Position numbers and translations under genes: made by a program. This document shows positions 12,201-27,200 of a stretch of 64,000 nt of DNA, piece after piece. How positions within the stretch are numbered: the stretch's first letter is position 1; each line of letters opens with the position of its first letter. The stretch comes from Lytechinus pictus (Eukaryota): assembly GCF_037042905.1 (NCBI RefSeq), contig NC_087251.1, forward strand, positions 8,804,001 to 8,868,000. The letters run 5' to 3'. The notes below the pieces were generated by a model. The model worked only from the letters and a program-made list of their open reading frames with translations. It made no database searches and had not been told where the DNA came from.

Positions 12201-15200
12201 TGGCGGCTTCGAAGGCGGACATCAAAAGGTCCTTATTGCCGTTCTTTCTTTTGTGCTTCTTTAGAAATGAACATCTGCTTGAATAAATTTGTTGCCTGTT
12301 GGAACTCCAGTCATAGAATCTTCTTGACATGACAAGGGTAGGAAAATCAGAATATTTTATATTTCATATAATAGAATACAAAAGAAATAGTAAGTGGGTG
12401 ATGTCATCAGTCCCCTCATTTGCATACCGACCAAGATGTACATATAACTGTTGTGTGAAATTAAGCGAAATTTCAAAATGTCAGAACTTTCTTATTTTAC
12501 ATCCGATTTTGATGAAATTTTCGGTGTTGTGCTTGCTTGATTTTTCTCTTTTTATTGTTGGGGTGGACTTGTCCTTTAATATGTGGATTGTGGATCACAT
12601 CATGAAAGCCCCATTCTGAACTGTGGTAATAAAGCTCAGTAACAGAGCTGCCAAGTTGTATTTTGCATCTTCAGTATTCTTATCCCCCAAAATCAGTATT
12701 TTGACAAAAAAAATCAGTATTTTTACCGTGTGAGATAAATATTTTGTATTTTTCCCCAAAAAAGTGTATTTCCTAATAAAATGCTTGGCGCACTCGCCCA
12801 TCACGGCGCTCAAGCTGCATGCAAGCTAAAATGTGCACTGTTCTTGCAGATGAAAAAAAAAAAACATTGAAACTTGTGTATATCTCACCCTGGTTTTTAC
12901 AAAATGATTGAATAAAAAAAAGTTACCTGAAATTACATTGATCTGATAACCATATTTGTGTACGTTTTATGAAATAGAGACATATAGAGATGATTTTTCT
13001 CAATAAATTTCGATTTTGTATAAAAAAAAAAAAAAAAAAAAATCGTTTTTTTTTTTTTTTTTTTTAAATACAAAAAACGTATTCTTTAAAGAAAAAACGT
13101 ACTGCCGTATTTTGGTTGCAAAAACGTACTAAATACGGAAAAATCGTACTACTTGGCAGCTCTGCAGTAACATTGTCTAGTGTATGATGAGACATTACAC
13201 TGCACTTGTGCAAATAAATACACATTATACGTTTCAAGTTTTTTTTAAAATCTCCTATACATGGACATCATTGGATGGTATACTAAAAAGCAATGGATAA
13301 ATTGGACCACCTTTTATTGAATGCTAATTGCCAACTTTGCACATCAACACATTTTGCTACTATGCAATGATACAATTCAAGAGCATAACAAATGCATCAC
13401 CTCCTCCCCCTTGTCTATCCAAAAAAAAAAAAAAAATGACCACTTGACTACTCATTCTAAAACTCTTGATAACCAGGAGATATGTTCTGATGTAGTACAG
13501 AACCCAGTACTACCATCTTTAGAAACAACTGCAACATACTTACATATCCATCTGACACAAGGTGTACTGGTGACCATATTTTGTGTTTGCTATCTGCTTC
13601 ATTGACTGTGCAGCAACCTCTGAGATTTCATCACCAGCATGGAAGAGGATGACAAAAGGCTTGTGTCTGGCTAGATAGATGGGCATGCTCGATGCTGTCA
13701 GTTCAGGCTAAAACCAAATACATAGAAAATTATGTATATTTTTCATTTATCTATGAAAGTAATTTAAAAAGAAACATTACAGTACAGTACTAAAGTATAA
13801 TGTGTCTGAATGCTCAAGATTCTAAAGATTCTAAACTAATTTGACAATATATATCCTGTAAAAAACACAATGGTCCTAATCACTTGATTACATATGATTT
13901 AAATGATTTAATTGTAATTTAAATTGTATATCAAACCTTCAAATAATTATTCATCATCTCTTAAATCTTATCCAACTTGGAATATTACACTTTTATAAAA
14001 AAAAAAAAAAGCTTGTCACTGATGCTGAATGAATATTTGGTAGAGGACCTGCCATTTTACATTTTCTTATTAAAATAAATGTTTGGTACTGAAAAATTGT
14101 AAACTAGCCTTAAAAACAGATATACTTAAGCTCTGATGAGTGCATGTTGAAAAGCCTGAGGATGTCTGTTTTTAAGGCTATTTTACAACATTTTTTTTTA
14201 TTGATAACTTAAATATATCACATAGAAATGTGAACTAAATATGCTCACTTTGAAAATGATAAATGCAGAAGTGAATCCTAATCGGTAGACTCAATAAATC
14301 TGATAAAAAATTCTTTCTTCTTACAATAAAGCATTTTAGGAAAGGGGTGGAGGCTGGTCAAGAATTTACTCTTATGGGTCTGTCTTTTTATATTGAATAC
14401 TCACCAGTAAAGGAAGACTAGCTTGTTTTACAAAAGCCACAAGATCTTGAAATGTAGACCCCTCTATGAACTTCTGCTGGGGTTCCTCAGGGTCATTCCA
14501 TTTCATGACAGTGATTGAAGGATTTGCCTGGTCTGGGAAAGAGCTTTGCCTAAAAAAAATGAACCAGTGCATCCTTCATAAAATGAAAGTATCTTGGTTA
14601 AATGTCATCAGGTCAAAGAATTACATTTGATATGCACTAGCGACATTGAATAAATCAGCTTGAGCTCTGAACTACTGAAATAGTTCATGGTTGCTTACCA
14701 AAAATGCAACATTTTTATCACGTAGTCTTATATTATATATCCAATAGAATCATAAAATATTTGTCAACTCCATTCTTCACAACTTCCAAACCAAATATGT
14801 TGCTATTAATGACTGCAGAATCCTAAAAGAGAGATTGCAACTTCTGGAATTTAGAATCAGGGAGGATTTGTGACATCAAATCATTTACACGTATCATTCG
14901 ACTTTTGTGGTCAGGGTCCTTGAAGCTTTTGGTTGCTAGATGCTTTCTGGAGCAATATGAGCCTTATTTTGCAGCAGTTGACATGTTAATAATAACGTAA
15001 TAACTAGCACATCAATGATGTGGAGCTCATCCGGCATCTCGCGACAAAATTTAGTACAATTTTAATTTCAGCCCAGTTGACACTGTAGCGAATTATATTG
15101 GTGCCATAAATTGAGGATATAAAATTGAAATTGATGAAGAAATGACATAGAAGCATTTTCTGTGATCTATGAATAAATTTCATATAAATTAAGCATAAAT

Positions 15201-18200
15201 AATTTTCTGTAGAACCTTGGTGAACCTCATGTAGCTCTCAGATAGAACAAAAATAATCAAAATCAATCAACAAATAAATATTTTTTGTGAGTTTTGAAAA
15301 TATATGAATAAATTAGCATATTTAATGACTTTCAAAATTATGTGTGGAATTTTGTATCACCACCTTGAGCTATCATATAAAGCAAACAAAATTGAAATTG
15401 ATCAACAAAATGAAGAAATTTTTTTTTTGTTAGATATGAATAAATTTTGCATAAATTAGCATAAATAATTTTCTAGACAATATTTCACAATTTTGTGTAC
15501 AAATTTGGTGAACCTCATGCAGCTCTACCAGATGGAAGAAAAAAAATCAAAATCGGTCAACAAATAAAGAAAAAGAGGCATTTTCTGTGATTTATGAATA
15601 AATTTTGCATAAATTAGCATAAATCATTTTCTACTGAAATTGTCAAAATTCTGTGTAGAAGTTTGGTGAACCTCTTGAAGTCCTACCAGATAAAAGAAAA
15701 AAAATCAAAATCGGTCAACAATTAAAGAAGAAGCATTTTATGTGAATTTTTAAAAATATGCATAAATTAGCATAAAAATTGTTCTAGTCAAAATTTTAAA
15801 ATTCTGTGTAGAAGTTTGGTGAACCTCATGAAGCTCTACCAGATGGAAGCAAAAATTCAAAATCGGTCAACAAAGAAGAAGCATTTTTTGTGAATTTTGA
15901 AAAATGCGCATAAATTAGCATATTTAATGAGTTTCAAAATTCTGTGTAGAAGTTTTGAATCCCCCACCTAGTGCTATCATATAAAGCAAACGGAATTGAA
16001 ATCTGACTTGAAATGGCGAAGAAGAAGCATTTTGAAATTGTAGACGGACAACAGACGACGGACGCCACGCCACGGCATAAGCTCATCTGGCCCTTCGGGT
16101 TTGATGAGCTAATTACATTATTTGCAGGGCGCTTAATACAGGTGTTTCTAAGCGCTCAGTTTTCTGCCTATCAACTATACCAAAGAAAATGACAATTTAA
16201 TCTTCATGAATTAAAAACAAAATTCAAAGCAACAAACGAGATGCAATTAAGTTGTGCACCTCCATATAGACCTACCCACAACTGATATCTGGACATTAAA
16301 ACGGTGGGTCTTTAGCAAGGTCTTAAATTGATCAAGGGAGTTGGCCTTGAGGAAATAAAGAATGTTAACACAAATATTACAGAAATTTGTGAAGCACGTT
16401 TACATGATAAAAAAAATGTTACAATGGAATCGGGGGGTTGGCATCTCTGCTCTAGCTAAACATTCTCATTTCCTGATACAGATAAAATAGCCACCAAAAT
16501 TTATATGAACCGTCACAACGTATTTTATTAAACTTGTTTAATCATCATCCTCATCAGTATATTGAAGAAGAATGCAGAGCCTGTCCAGATTCCCAATCAT
16601 TTCTTATGGAAGATCATGAGCCTACTTGGAGTACACATATCAGAGCTTGTATACAGCACAGAAGTCTATAAAAGGAACCCCACTGTGCGATGTATCTCCT
16701 TAGAGGACAGTCCAACATTAACTTGATTTTCATCCATGAAAAATCACATATATAACCAAATTAAGGGTAAAACAGACATATGAGACATAATTATAATGTA
16801 TTCAAAACACATTAAAATTAATTCAGTAAACAAAAGTGGTTGATCTAAAAAGGTAATGAAGAATTCACTTTTTAATTTGTCCTATATTTCTCAATTTCCT
16901 CTTTATTTTTCAGGAAATTGAAATACAACTTACACTTCTTGAGCACAATGAGAAGTGCACAATCCAAACAAATATTCTCCCCTAAGCTCTTCTGCTACTT
17001 GCTGAAAGACTGCCTTCTCTGTATGATATAAGGGAGAGAGAGAGAGAGAGAGTGAGGTGTGTCAGAAATACAATGACAGCAGACAACATAAAAATAGATC
17101 GACTGGAATGCTGGATTAATCAGTTTTAAAATCAAGCACCATTTTGTATATATTAGGCTTGAAAATAGTCCAGCGCTGAGTTCATCTTTTGTGAATTCCA
17201 ATCATATCTGAATTTAAGCATGTAACAGCTGCCCTGCTAGAGCCAGGGTATTTATACTGCATTACTGTAGAGCACTTATAGACATAGATAAATTAAGTGA
17301 TAGGTGCTATACAAGCAAGTTTAATTATAATCACTTTTACGATACACTTCAAGAGAATGTGAACTAGAGTAACTGAAAACTTAATGTAACAAGGGTATAT
17401 AAATTTGTTACACTTCAATCAAATGCTTACACTGTGAGCAAATGTCCAACAAAGAAGAAACTTTAAGGACGTTCCACAGTTAAAGTGAAATCCATGTCAT
17501 TTTCACCAAACTTTGCACATAGATACTTTAGAACCTTAATATTCGAAATATGCAAAAATTAACATAGGTCCATGTGCTTGATTATTTGCTATAGAGCTTC
17601 AAAGTTCACCCAAATTGATGTTCTTAAGAATTGCGCATTTAAAAGAATTTAGCATTTTTAGACCGACCAAGATTACTACAATGAGTTTAAACCTCTATTA
17701 CTCAGTCAAAATACATGCAAAAGTCATCAAATTTTGCAAGAGAGTTAATAATTGTATCGTTAGAATGGAGAATCTATTTATAGTGCTATTTGTTTGCAAT
17801 TGTAAGTTTAACAGCACTGTCAGTTCTTAAAAATGGCGTAAAAGATAACAAAATCCCAATCTAAAAAATGTAAACTTTCAGTAACAAACTACAAACGTAC
17901 AATAAATGCTGCACTTTATTCAAAATCCATGTCATTTTCACAAAAATTTGCAGAGTTGTAGAGGAAGGTATACCTAAGAGGTACAAACATTAAAACATGG
18001 GGGTTCATGTGCTTGTTTTTAAATTATCAGCATTTTTATTAGAGCAAATATGCTTTTTAAAACACCAAAAATGCGCCGAATGCTTTGTATCTATGTGAAG
18101 AATAAATCAAAACCACTCTACCATTTTATTTAAACTCGGGGTAATATTCGTGATTCTTGGTAGCACTGCAGAGTAAAGTATTTTGAAATTGTAGAGAATT

Positions 18201-21200
18201 TTTTTTTAATGGTCCATGAAATAATTCCCTTATTTAGCTTCATGAAATAACGCATCGGATCTGCAGTTAAAGTGCAGAAGATGAGAAAAATCAGCTCATA
18301 CCCGCAGCTAATTAATCACCTGTTCATCCATTGTGACGTCAGCGCGCAGAGTGTAAACTATGCGCAGATCATAATGCGCACAAACATAACTGTGGAACGT
18401 CCTTAAATAAAGATGGAGACATAGAGCAGATAATTACCCTGTTTGAATCCATCTGGTATGACAGCCAAGGTAAGGCTGGTCATGTGATCTTTGACCCATG
18501 GAGCTGGAAAGATGCCTTTTGTAGCTTTTCCGACCTCATCCAGATCTTTTAGATCCATTGGATTAGACAGCTTGTACCTGATATATAATTATTCAAATAT
18601 ATTGTAATGGACTGTACCTGATTTCACAATTTTTAAATCAATTTATGTAAGGTCTAAAACAAAATGTCACAGAAGCTGTACCCGAAAGTGTAGCTGCATG
18701 CCTAATTATGGTTCAGACATTTTTTTTTATTTGAATGACCCAGTTAGGTGGAGGCAAGTCCAAATAATAAGCAGACTGTATGATCTGCCCATTTCTACCA
18801 GAACTACATACCCCAGAACACTGGCAGCACTGATGTGATGTAATCATGCAATGTCCCATAGTACAAATACACCCAGTACAAATTGGGACTATTTATTGTG
18901 TAGGGTATCACTAAGCATAATGAAGAGAAAGCAATTTTTTATGGTCTTCAAATGCTATAATACTTGTACTTCCACTGGGGTATTATGTATGATATGTGCT
19001 TTTTATCCCTAAGAGTGAAAATCTTTGCACATTTTAGGTTTGGCTACCACATGTATACAAATACCTGAAACATTATGTTAAGAATTATTATGGCTCTGAA
19101 CTCAAGTAAATGAATCATGTTGTAAGTGAAATAATGGAAATGCCTTGTATGTTGCAAGAATTGTGATAAATTTCAACAACCATGGTACTCACAATAGGTA
19201 ACTTTTCAAAACATTGCTCTTATCCAGTATCCCTCCATATGTAGCTATATCAGATTGCTCCCTATACATCTTGACAGTGGGATAGACCGTCACATTGTTC
19301 TTATCACACACATCAGGCCAGTTGGAGCATTCCACTCTTCCAAGAGGGGGTTCTTGACTTTCAGTTGAGGAGAATGACATGATGCTCTCTGCTGCTGAAT
19401 CAAATGAATCCAAGAATGCAAGAGATCTTGGATTCCCTGAATGAAGAATAAATAAAAACATTTTGAATCATTTACTATATGAACATGAACAGTCTCTACA
19501 TCATTCATCCAATAATAACTGATTGAAACATAATATGACAATTCGAAGAAGTCAAAATAATAAAAAAATACATACTAATAAACCTTTTCTTTCATTCATA
19601 TTACTAGAAAATAAACTTCACTGGGTTTAAAAAAAAAATCATATTTCCTAATGTTTTTGTTGTTGTAATGATTAGATAATGCATCAAATAGCACTGAGTC
19701 AAAACCTCAATTATCTATTTAAAAGAAAAAAATCTATTCCATCAAATAGTCTTATGGCAGCCATGTATTTTTTTTCAATTTTGAACATTTTACCATTTTG
19801 AGATATGAGATTTTGTCACCCCTACAGTATAATGATTTCACATTGCAGCCTTCAATGCAGCAAAGACAGTGATCATCTCTATGGTCAATGAGGATTTCAA
19901 AAAAAGTGCTCAAAACCTGTGTTTGTATCCACTAGAAAGTAGCACTACCCACAACAATGAACTTCATATGAACCTGATGATAGTGTCACAATCAAAATGT
20001 ATTTAACTTTTAACATTGTGTTTAGAATTTAACATTGCATTTGGAATTTTAAACTGTTTAGCTTTCAACATTGTGTTTGGAATTCTAATTCATTTCATCA
20101 TTTCCATCAACTTTGCTTAAAAAGCGAACAGTACAATCAGAAAATTGGTGTTGTTGAAGCTAGAATCAGCAACCTGATTCATATTCTCAACACCACCACT
20201 GAACTTATAATCCCTCAATGACATAAATAAGATGGGATACTTACATTCCATTGTGAAGAGAACACTGGTTAGATGAGATTGACCAGTAAACTTGGGAAAC
20301 GTCTTATCAGTCAGAGCAGGGGTGATGTATTTCTTACGTTCAAATGCAAGACGCGAATGACTAGTAGCTTCTTGGACAAGATCATCCTGACGCTCCTGAA
20401 CTGCAAACATTCATAATAGCATATTCCATTTTTAAACTGCACTTGATACATCAGAACAACAGTGTTTTTTCAGATATTTCATTACACCGGTCATCTGATA
20501 AAATATATCATTTTACTGTACATGCATATTTACAACAACAAAAAACTTTTGACACAGTTGTTCATTTCAATAAAGAAATACTTATATACCATCTGTAGCT
20601 AGATATCCTTGGTAACTGTACTTTGTCTTCAAAATAGCACTTTACAAAGGTTCAAGTTTCTCTTGTCATTTGTAATAATAATTTGTCATTTAGAAGCAAG
20701 GACTAGTAGACGCATATTCTTTTCCTTTGTAAACTGATCATAATCAGTGTGGGTGAATGAACTGGCAAACATAGTCTTTTAATTTGCTGAACACAAAATG
20801 ATTTCGGTACAATAGACATATATTCACCTATACCCTAGCCCTAGTTATCTCAGGTACAGGCTTAAATGTATGCTCAGATTAATTCTCAAATTATGTTCCC
20901 AATTTTCCTTGATTGAGAATGACTTAAATGATTTGTGTCCTATACAAGACTAATGTATATCAAATAAGTCAGAACAAAACTCACAACAGAAGTAAAAACA
21001 ATATTTAGAATACCATCTGCATTACCCTTGTGTCAACTCGTTCTATTCAGGTGATTCTTACCAGGAATATAATCTTCAGTATAGTGTGTTTCAATGTCTT
21101 TCTCATCATCACTCTCATCTTGATTTGGGTAGAGATAACTGAAGACATGCTGGATGTTTGCCTTGATGAATGCTTTTAGTCCAGATGCATCATTCACACC

Positions 21201-24200
21201 TCCACCATTTATGACCTAAAATATATTAATATTAATCAAAATTGTATATTATTGTGCATATTTTCTTCTAATTAACAACTCATAATATTACTGTAAATCA
21301 CTTTGATCCTGAGGATGTGACTGTCCCTGCAAGTTCCCTCATTCTCTTGATTGTTAAGTTCATTATATTGTGTCAATATCAATGACTTCAATCAGCTATT
21401 ATATTTGTTTTTTCTAAATTCTGTTTGTATTTTATGTTATTTTATTGAGACACTGAAAGTACATTAAAACTGTACAATTAGGCCTACTGCTCCTTCAATA
21501 TGCTCCCTTTTATTTTTCTCTTCCTCTTTGTTTTTATCACTACCATTATCACCATTGCACGTTCGTGTAAAATTTGTGTACAATTATATAATAATTTATG
21601 TTATTGCAAATATATATAATCATATATATAATACTAACACATCTACGCTATTGCAATATTGTATAAGGGGACTGTGCAAAATATTTAATGTTACAATTAT
21701 TTCACTTGCAAAAATGGGCAATACAAGTAATATCAAATTCCCCATATTTAGGTCACTCTCATCCCTTATTCTGTAAATAAGAGATTTTGAATCTTTATGG
21801 TACACACCATAAAATACACCATGAAACCATGTTTTATGTTTTCTTACTACATGTGTTATTTTATAACAAATTGCAGCATAAAAAATATTATACAAGAAAC
21901 TCTGACAAACTATATGTTCCTTTTTACGATTTTAATTTCTCGAGAACAATCATAAGTCACAATGGACCACTTGTGTGGAACAATTTTCCCCCTAAATTAA
22001 ACAATGTCCTTCTCTTAATTCAATAGAAATGAAAATCACACCTTTTACATAAACATACTTCTTCTTGTTCTCAATGAATAAGCTTTTCTGTTACATTTAC
22101 ATATTCTATGTTTTTGTTTTGTATTTATTATTGTTATTTAATCTGATTTTTAATTATTTTGCTGATTTTGTTGATTTTGAAACCTTTGTTTCTTTCAACA
22201 GAAAGTTGATTGGAAAATCTTTGGTAATGAATTTTAATCAGGGAATAACCATGATAGGCCAATGGCTTTTTGCTATTCCCTCACATCCTATTCCTCACCG
22301 TATGCAAATTTTGAAGAAATTTGACAATTGTCATTGCTGTTTTACTTTATTATTATTTCATTGGTTCCATCTCTATGTACTGTATCTTATTTGTTTTTTA
22401 CAGATGAGGATATAAATGAATTTGAGACATCATAACCACATTGTTATATCATCACCATTATCACTGTGATAATCACAGTACTTACCATTGCTAATATGAA
22501 CAGAGTTCTAAAAATATGCCATCTAGGAATCGTTGACAAAATCAGAATTATACCAAATTACGATACTTTTAATCAAAACAAATCCACACACCTTATCATG
22601 ACTTTGAAGCACAAAGCATGCTGGGATACATTCTCCTTCCAAATCAGCAAGCAAATTACTGTCTGTTACATCAGCCCTTTTGAAATGAAATTATAAATGA
22701 GTACTTTCTGTCATGTCAGGAGCGAAAAATGTATATTTCTTAATAATATGAAATCCTCACTTGTATTTCACATAGATACTGAAATAAATTATGGTTTATA
22801 GTAAATTATGAGAGTATTCCATGGTACAATCATGTGATTATAGTGTGCACAACAATGAACATGTTCAATCAATTAAACACATTCCATAAGCTTTCTTTAA
22901 GTTATTCCCAAATATTCATATCACATCAAATATAGGGGAGCTACTGACAGACATGTAACAATTGTATGAAATTATGCAATTGCTGTGCAAGCACCCTATG
23001 CCACTTTCAATGTTGAATCTTTTGGTACCAAGTTTAATAATAAAATACAATAAAATAGTTATAAAAATAGAAATCTATCTCATTAAATTCAATACTGAAA
23101 CGTAGCAAAAACCTTAACATGTGGTCTGTCTGTGTAAAATGTATCATCGGACTGTTCGTGGCTAATATCTATAAAAAAAAAGGGGGGGGGGGTTCCATAG
23201 AAAATTGATCTGAAAAAGCCAAGTTAGAATAGAGAGAGTGAAAACTTAAATGCTATGATGGACTTTCACCAAACCTACTTTAATTTGATTCTCACATTTT
23301 TCTTCTTTATCAAACAAACTTTAAATTCATGAACCAACAAGAACTCACCTATTAACGACAGTAAATCCTAAGTTTCCCTGGTACTCATCTTTCACATCTA
23401 ATATGAGAGATAAAGCTCGTTCATGATTGGTTGGATCAGTTATAGCATAGAGAGAAGGTACACCATGTTCCTTGTACATATTTGATTGCCCTCCCTCAGG
23501 AACGTCATCCTGAAAAGAATACACAGAACAGTTGGTTAATATAAAGACTTGTGTAACAAATTACTGCAGAATGCATCAAAAATGATTAATTCAAGTAATT
23601 TCATTTCATATTAGAAGTGTCTGTGAAATGGTGACAAGACATTTGCTCCTGCGACAATTGCTCCAGGCTTAATTTTGTAAAGGGTTAGGGTTGCAATAGG
23701 GTTTTATGTTAGGTTTAGGGTAGGGTAGAGTGTTAAACCCAGGGTTGAAGTTGGCCATTCGAGTAGTGTGTGGAATTTAGAGTGGAGCAATTGTTGCTGG
23801 AGCAAATGTAATGGAATCATGTGAAATACCTCAAAGAACTAGAATTACTATGATAATAGCTGATAAAGAATAACTGAAAACAATAGACATATTATCAACC
23901 CAGTATGATATAGAAATAAGAAATCAATGTAAAACTGATGTTATATCTGCAGAGGAAGAACAAAGTGAAGACGTACAGTAAAAAGAATTTCTGTTAAAAA
24001 GCTTGGGGTCCAATTTAAAAACAAATATTCAAACCAATGCCATTCACCAAAGTAATTTATCTACTTTACTGCTCACGAACCAGAGCAAGAAAGAGCTAAC
24101 AAGTATAAAGGCACCTTATTAAAAGTATATGCTGCATCTCATCACAGATAATGTCGGAAAGACAGTAAATAAAAGTAAAAAGTCAGTTACCCAAATTAAA

Positions 24201-27200
24201 AGAAATATGAAACTTTAAATCAATGCTTGCTTGCTTTAAGTATTGTGTTCTACAGTGTACCTAAAAATGAGCTTCATATTGAAAAACATACCAAGTCAGG
24301 TAGTACTAGATTTAGCATAAGGATAGAGAGACTCTCTAGTGTGACTGGTCCATGATACTTGACCCACATACAATCCTGATGTGACTGTGCCTTGCTGCAT
24401 TGGCTTATGCCAACAACTGGGTCTGGTAACTGATCCAAGTTAGGTTTACTGCAAACAGGTCCAAATAACAATGATTAGACAAGTGATAAGTATGATCATG
24501 AAGCTACTCAAATGAGACTGGTATAATAAAATTCCAGGTCAAATTTGTTATCATGTCCAGCTGCTATTAAATCCACCATACCAAGTGAGTATTGTAGAAA
24601 TTCACAATTTTCATGTCCAATTTCAACGGAATAAATGCTATTGCTATCGATTCATATGAAAAACTTTATAAGCCAACAAGAGTTTGACCTGTGCCATTGC
24701 ATCAGTGCAGTGAAATTGATCAGATGCTTTTACTCTAACATGATAAATCAACAGAAAAACTGAGTGTTCTAAAGGTTTCATAATTCTGTGTTAAAGAAAT
24801 TCTGAACCTTTGCTTCACTTTTTAATTTTTGATATCCAAGGTACAGTAGTATTTTTGCAAATGAAAAGCCTTTTCGTACAAGAGCAGATGAAGATCATTG
24901 GCTGTAATCCTGAATATTTCTTTTATATCACTAAGATGAACACGATTATTCATGTTATTTCAAAATATGCCTGTTATCTTACATAAAGTATACCAAATTA
25001 CCAATTAATCAAGTACCTATTCAATTGAAAAAAGAAAGGTCATATGCAAACAGTTGCTTTAAAATAATTAAAAAATGGCTTATTTGAGGGCTAATTGGCA
25101 TATTAAGAAATATAGCCCAATTCCATATATCAATGACAATAAAACATTTTACACCCTAAAAAAAACATATTTGCTCCTCATATTCCAAATTAAAGATAGA
25201 GATGGAAATGATCAAATTATGACTCGGGGAAAACAACCAAATATTTTTCAAGTTATTAAAAGATTATCAGATTTTAAGGAAGTCTTTCAATACTGGAAAC
25301 TCTTGATGTTATGCCCAGTTGCAGGACTTTTTTCCCCAATGCACCCAAATATTGGTAAAATAAAAAAAAAAAAGCCTAAAAAATGTTGTGTACATTTAGG
25401 TTTTAATCTCTTACACCAGTGAATGAAATTCTTCACAAAAACACACACAAAAAAAACATGAAATTCTTTCTTACTTTTCTTGTTCTTCTTCCAAAAGATA
25501 TCTATTAGTTGTTAGAATGAAATCATACTTGTGTCTGTAAGCAAAGGCCACCTCCATGAATGCTCGATCAGCTGAAATATTAAAATAAAAAAATAACAAC
25601 AGCTAAACATCAAACAGGTAATACAGGCTCATACTACCTGTTTGATGTTTTTTAACCAAGTAAATTTTTGACAAAGTGACATAAGAGAAGCTCTCCATCA
25701 CTAACTATCTTCAAATCTAAATAAAAAGCCTGTCTCTATAGTTAGAAAGTGCATCTGAATATAATCATATTAGAGCTGCACTTTACAAATTTATGTTTAG
25801 TAAATACGGAACTGTCTCTCAGAATAATTAATTAATCAGATTACAGAAATCATAAATACTAGGACTCACAAAGTATATATTATGCATAGCTCCAAAATGA
25901 TATTTTTAATTTCCTTTATGATCATTACTCATTAGCCATCCTTGACCACTGACTTATCATATGATGTATTGTAGTTTTTCTACATTGATACTCTAAAAGC
26001 AGTATTATATCTTTTGAGGTACAGGTACACTTCAAGAGTGACAACATAAAGCTAAATATAAAGTACAAGTTTTGATTTATTATTATGATTTAAATACCTG
26101 CAGTTCCAACAGCTGGGACATAACCCATGATAATGTCCCTCTTTCCCTTCCACTTATCTTGCTTCTCAAGAAGATTGGATGGTTCTCCAATGATGGGCAC
26201 ATCAATCAGGAGAACAAGGCTGTGTTAAAAGAATTATCAAAGCATTTCAGAGATATCAACTTTTTTTGTAAATTTCAAATGAAATTTTATCATCTTATAC
26301 AATAAATGTATATCTCATCACTTGCAGAGTTTGTAGGGTACAATACATAGGGGAAACCAAGACCACACTCAAGAAACGATTCTACGGGCACAGATCCACC
26401 GTCAACACAGCAAAGCTGGACACTCCAGTTGGCCGCCATTTTAACCTCCCCAACCACTCCATCACTGACATGATGCTACAGGGCATCGAATCTTTAGGTA
26501 CCCGTCCTGACTCAGTCCGTACTAGCAGGGAGAAGCTCTGGATGAGACGACTTCGCACCACCCAACCTCATGGCCTGAACATCCAAGAGGGGAACGACTG
26601 ATTTTCTTTCCTATCCACTTTCAATTTATATATACATATAATTTTTCCCCTCAGCTCTTTTGAATAGTTACATTATAGTTTCTTACTCTACTTTCCTCCC
26701 ATATCTCATACAAGCTCAGCTCCAATTTTTCCTTCCTTATTCAGGCGATATAATAATTATTATATATATATATATATTTGTTTTTTCTCCACTCACCTCT
26801 TTTAGATTTACCACATTTGCTTATTTACATGTATACTATGGTTTCTTCATAATACACCCCCTCTCTTCTATATTTGCTTTTACCTTTTTAGGCAATTTGC
26901 TTCCTCTTTTTCACATATACATGTTTTTTTTTTCTTTCCTGCTATATAGTCTTATGTTTTTTCCCGTCACACCTAGCGGATTACCATATCAGTTACACCA
27001 TATGTGTATATATTTATATATTTTTTCATATACATTTCTTTTTTGGATATATTTATATACATATCACTTGTAGATACATATTTACACTTACCTTCTTCTC
27101 TTAGTTTGTTTAATGCTTTATCATATATACTTATATGTCTTTTGCACATTATCAGTTGTTCCCCATTCTTTTTCTTCCCTTTTTTCCCCCCACTCTTATG

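Noticed and set aside
16600-16730. Candidate TXNDC16 exon
   Set aside because: In-frame stop in the required phase; exon 16934-17018 fits the phase and the homology instead.
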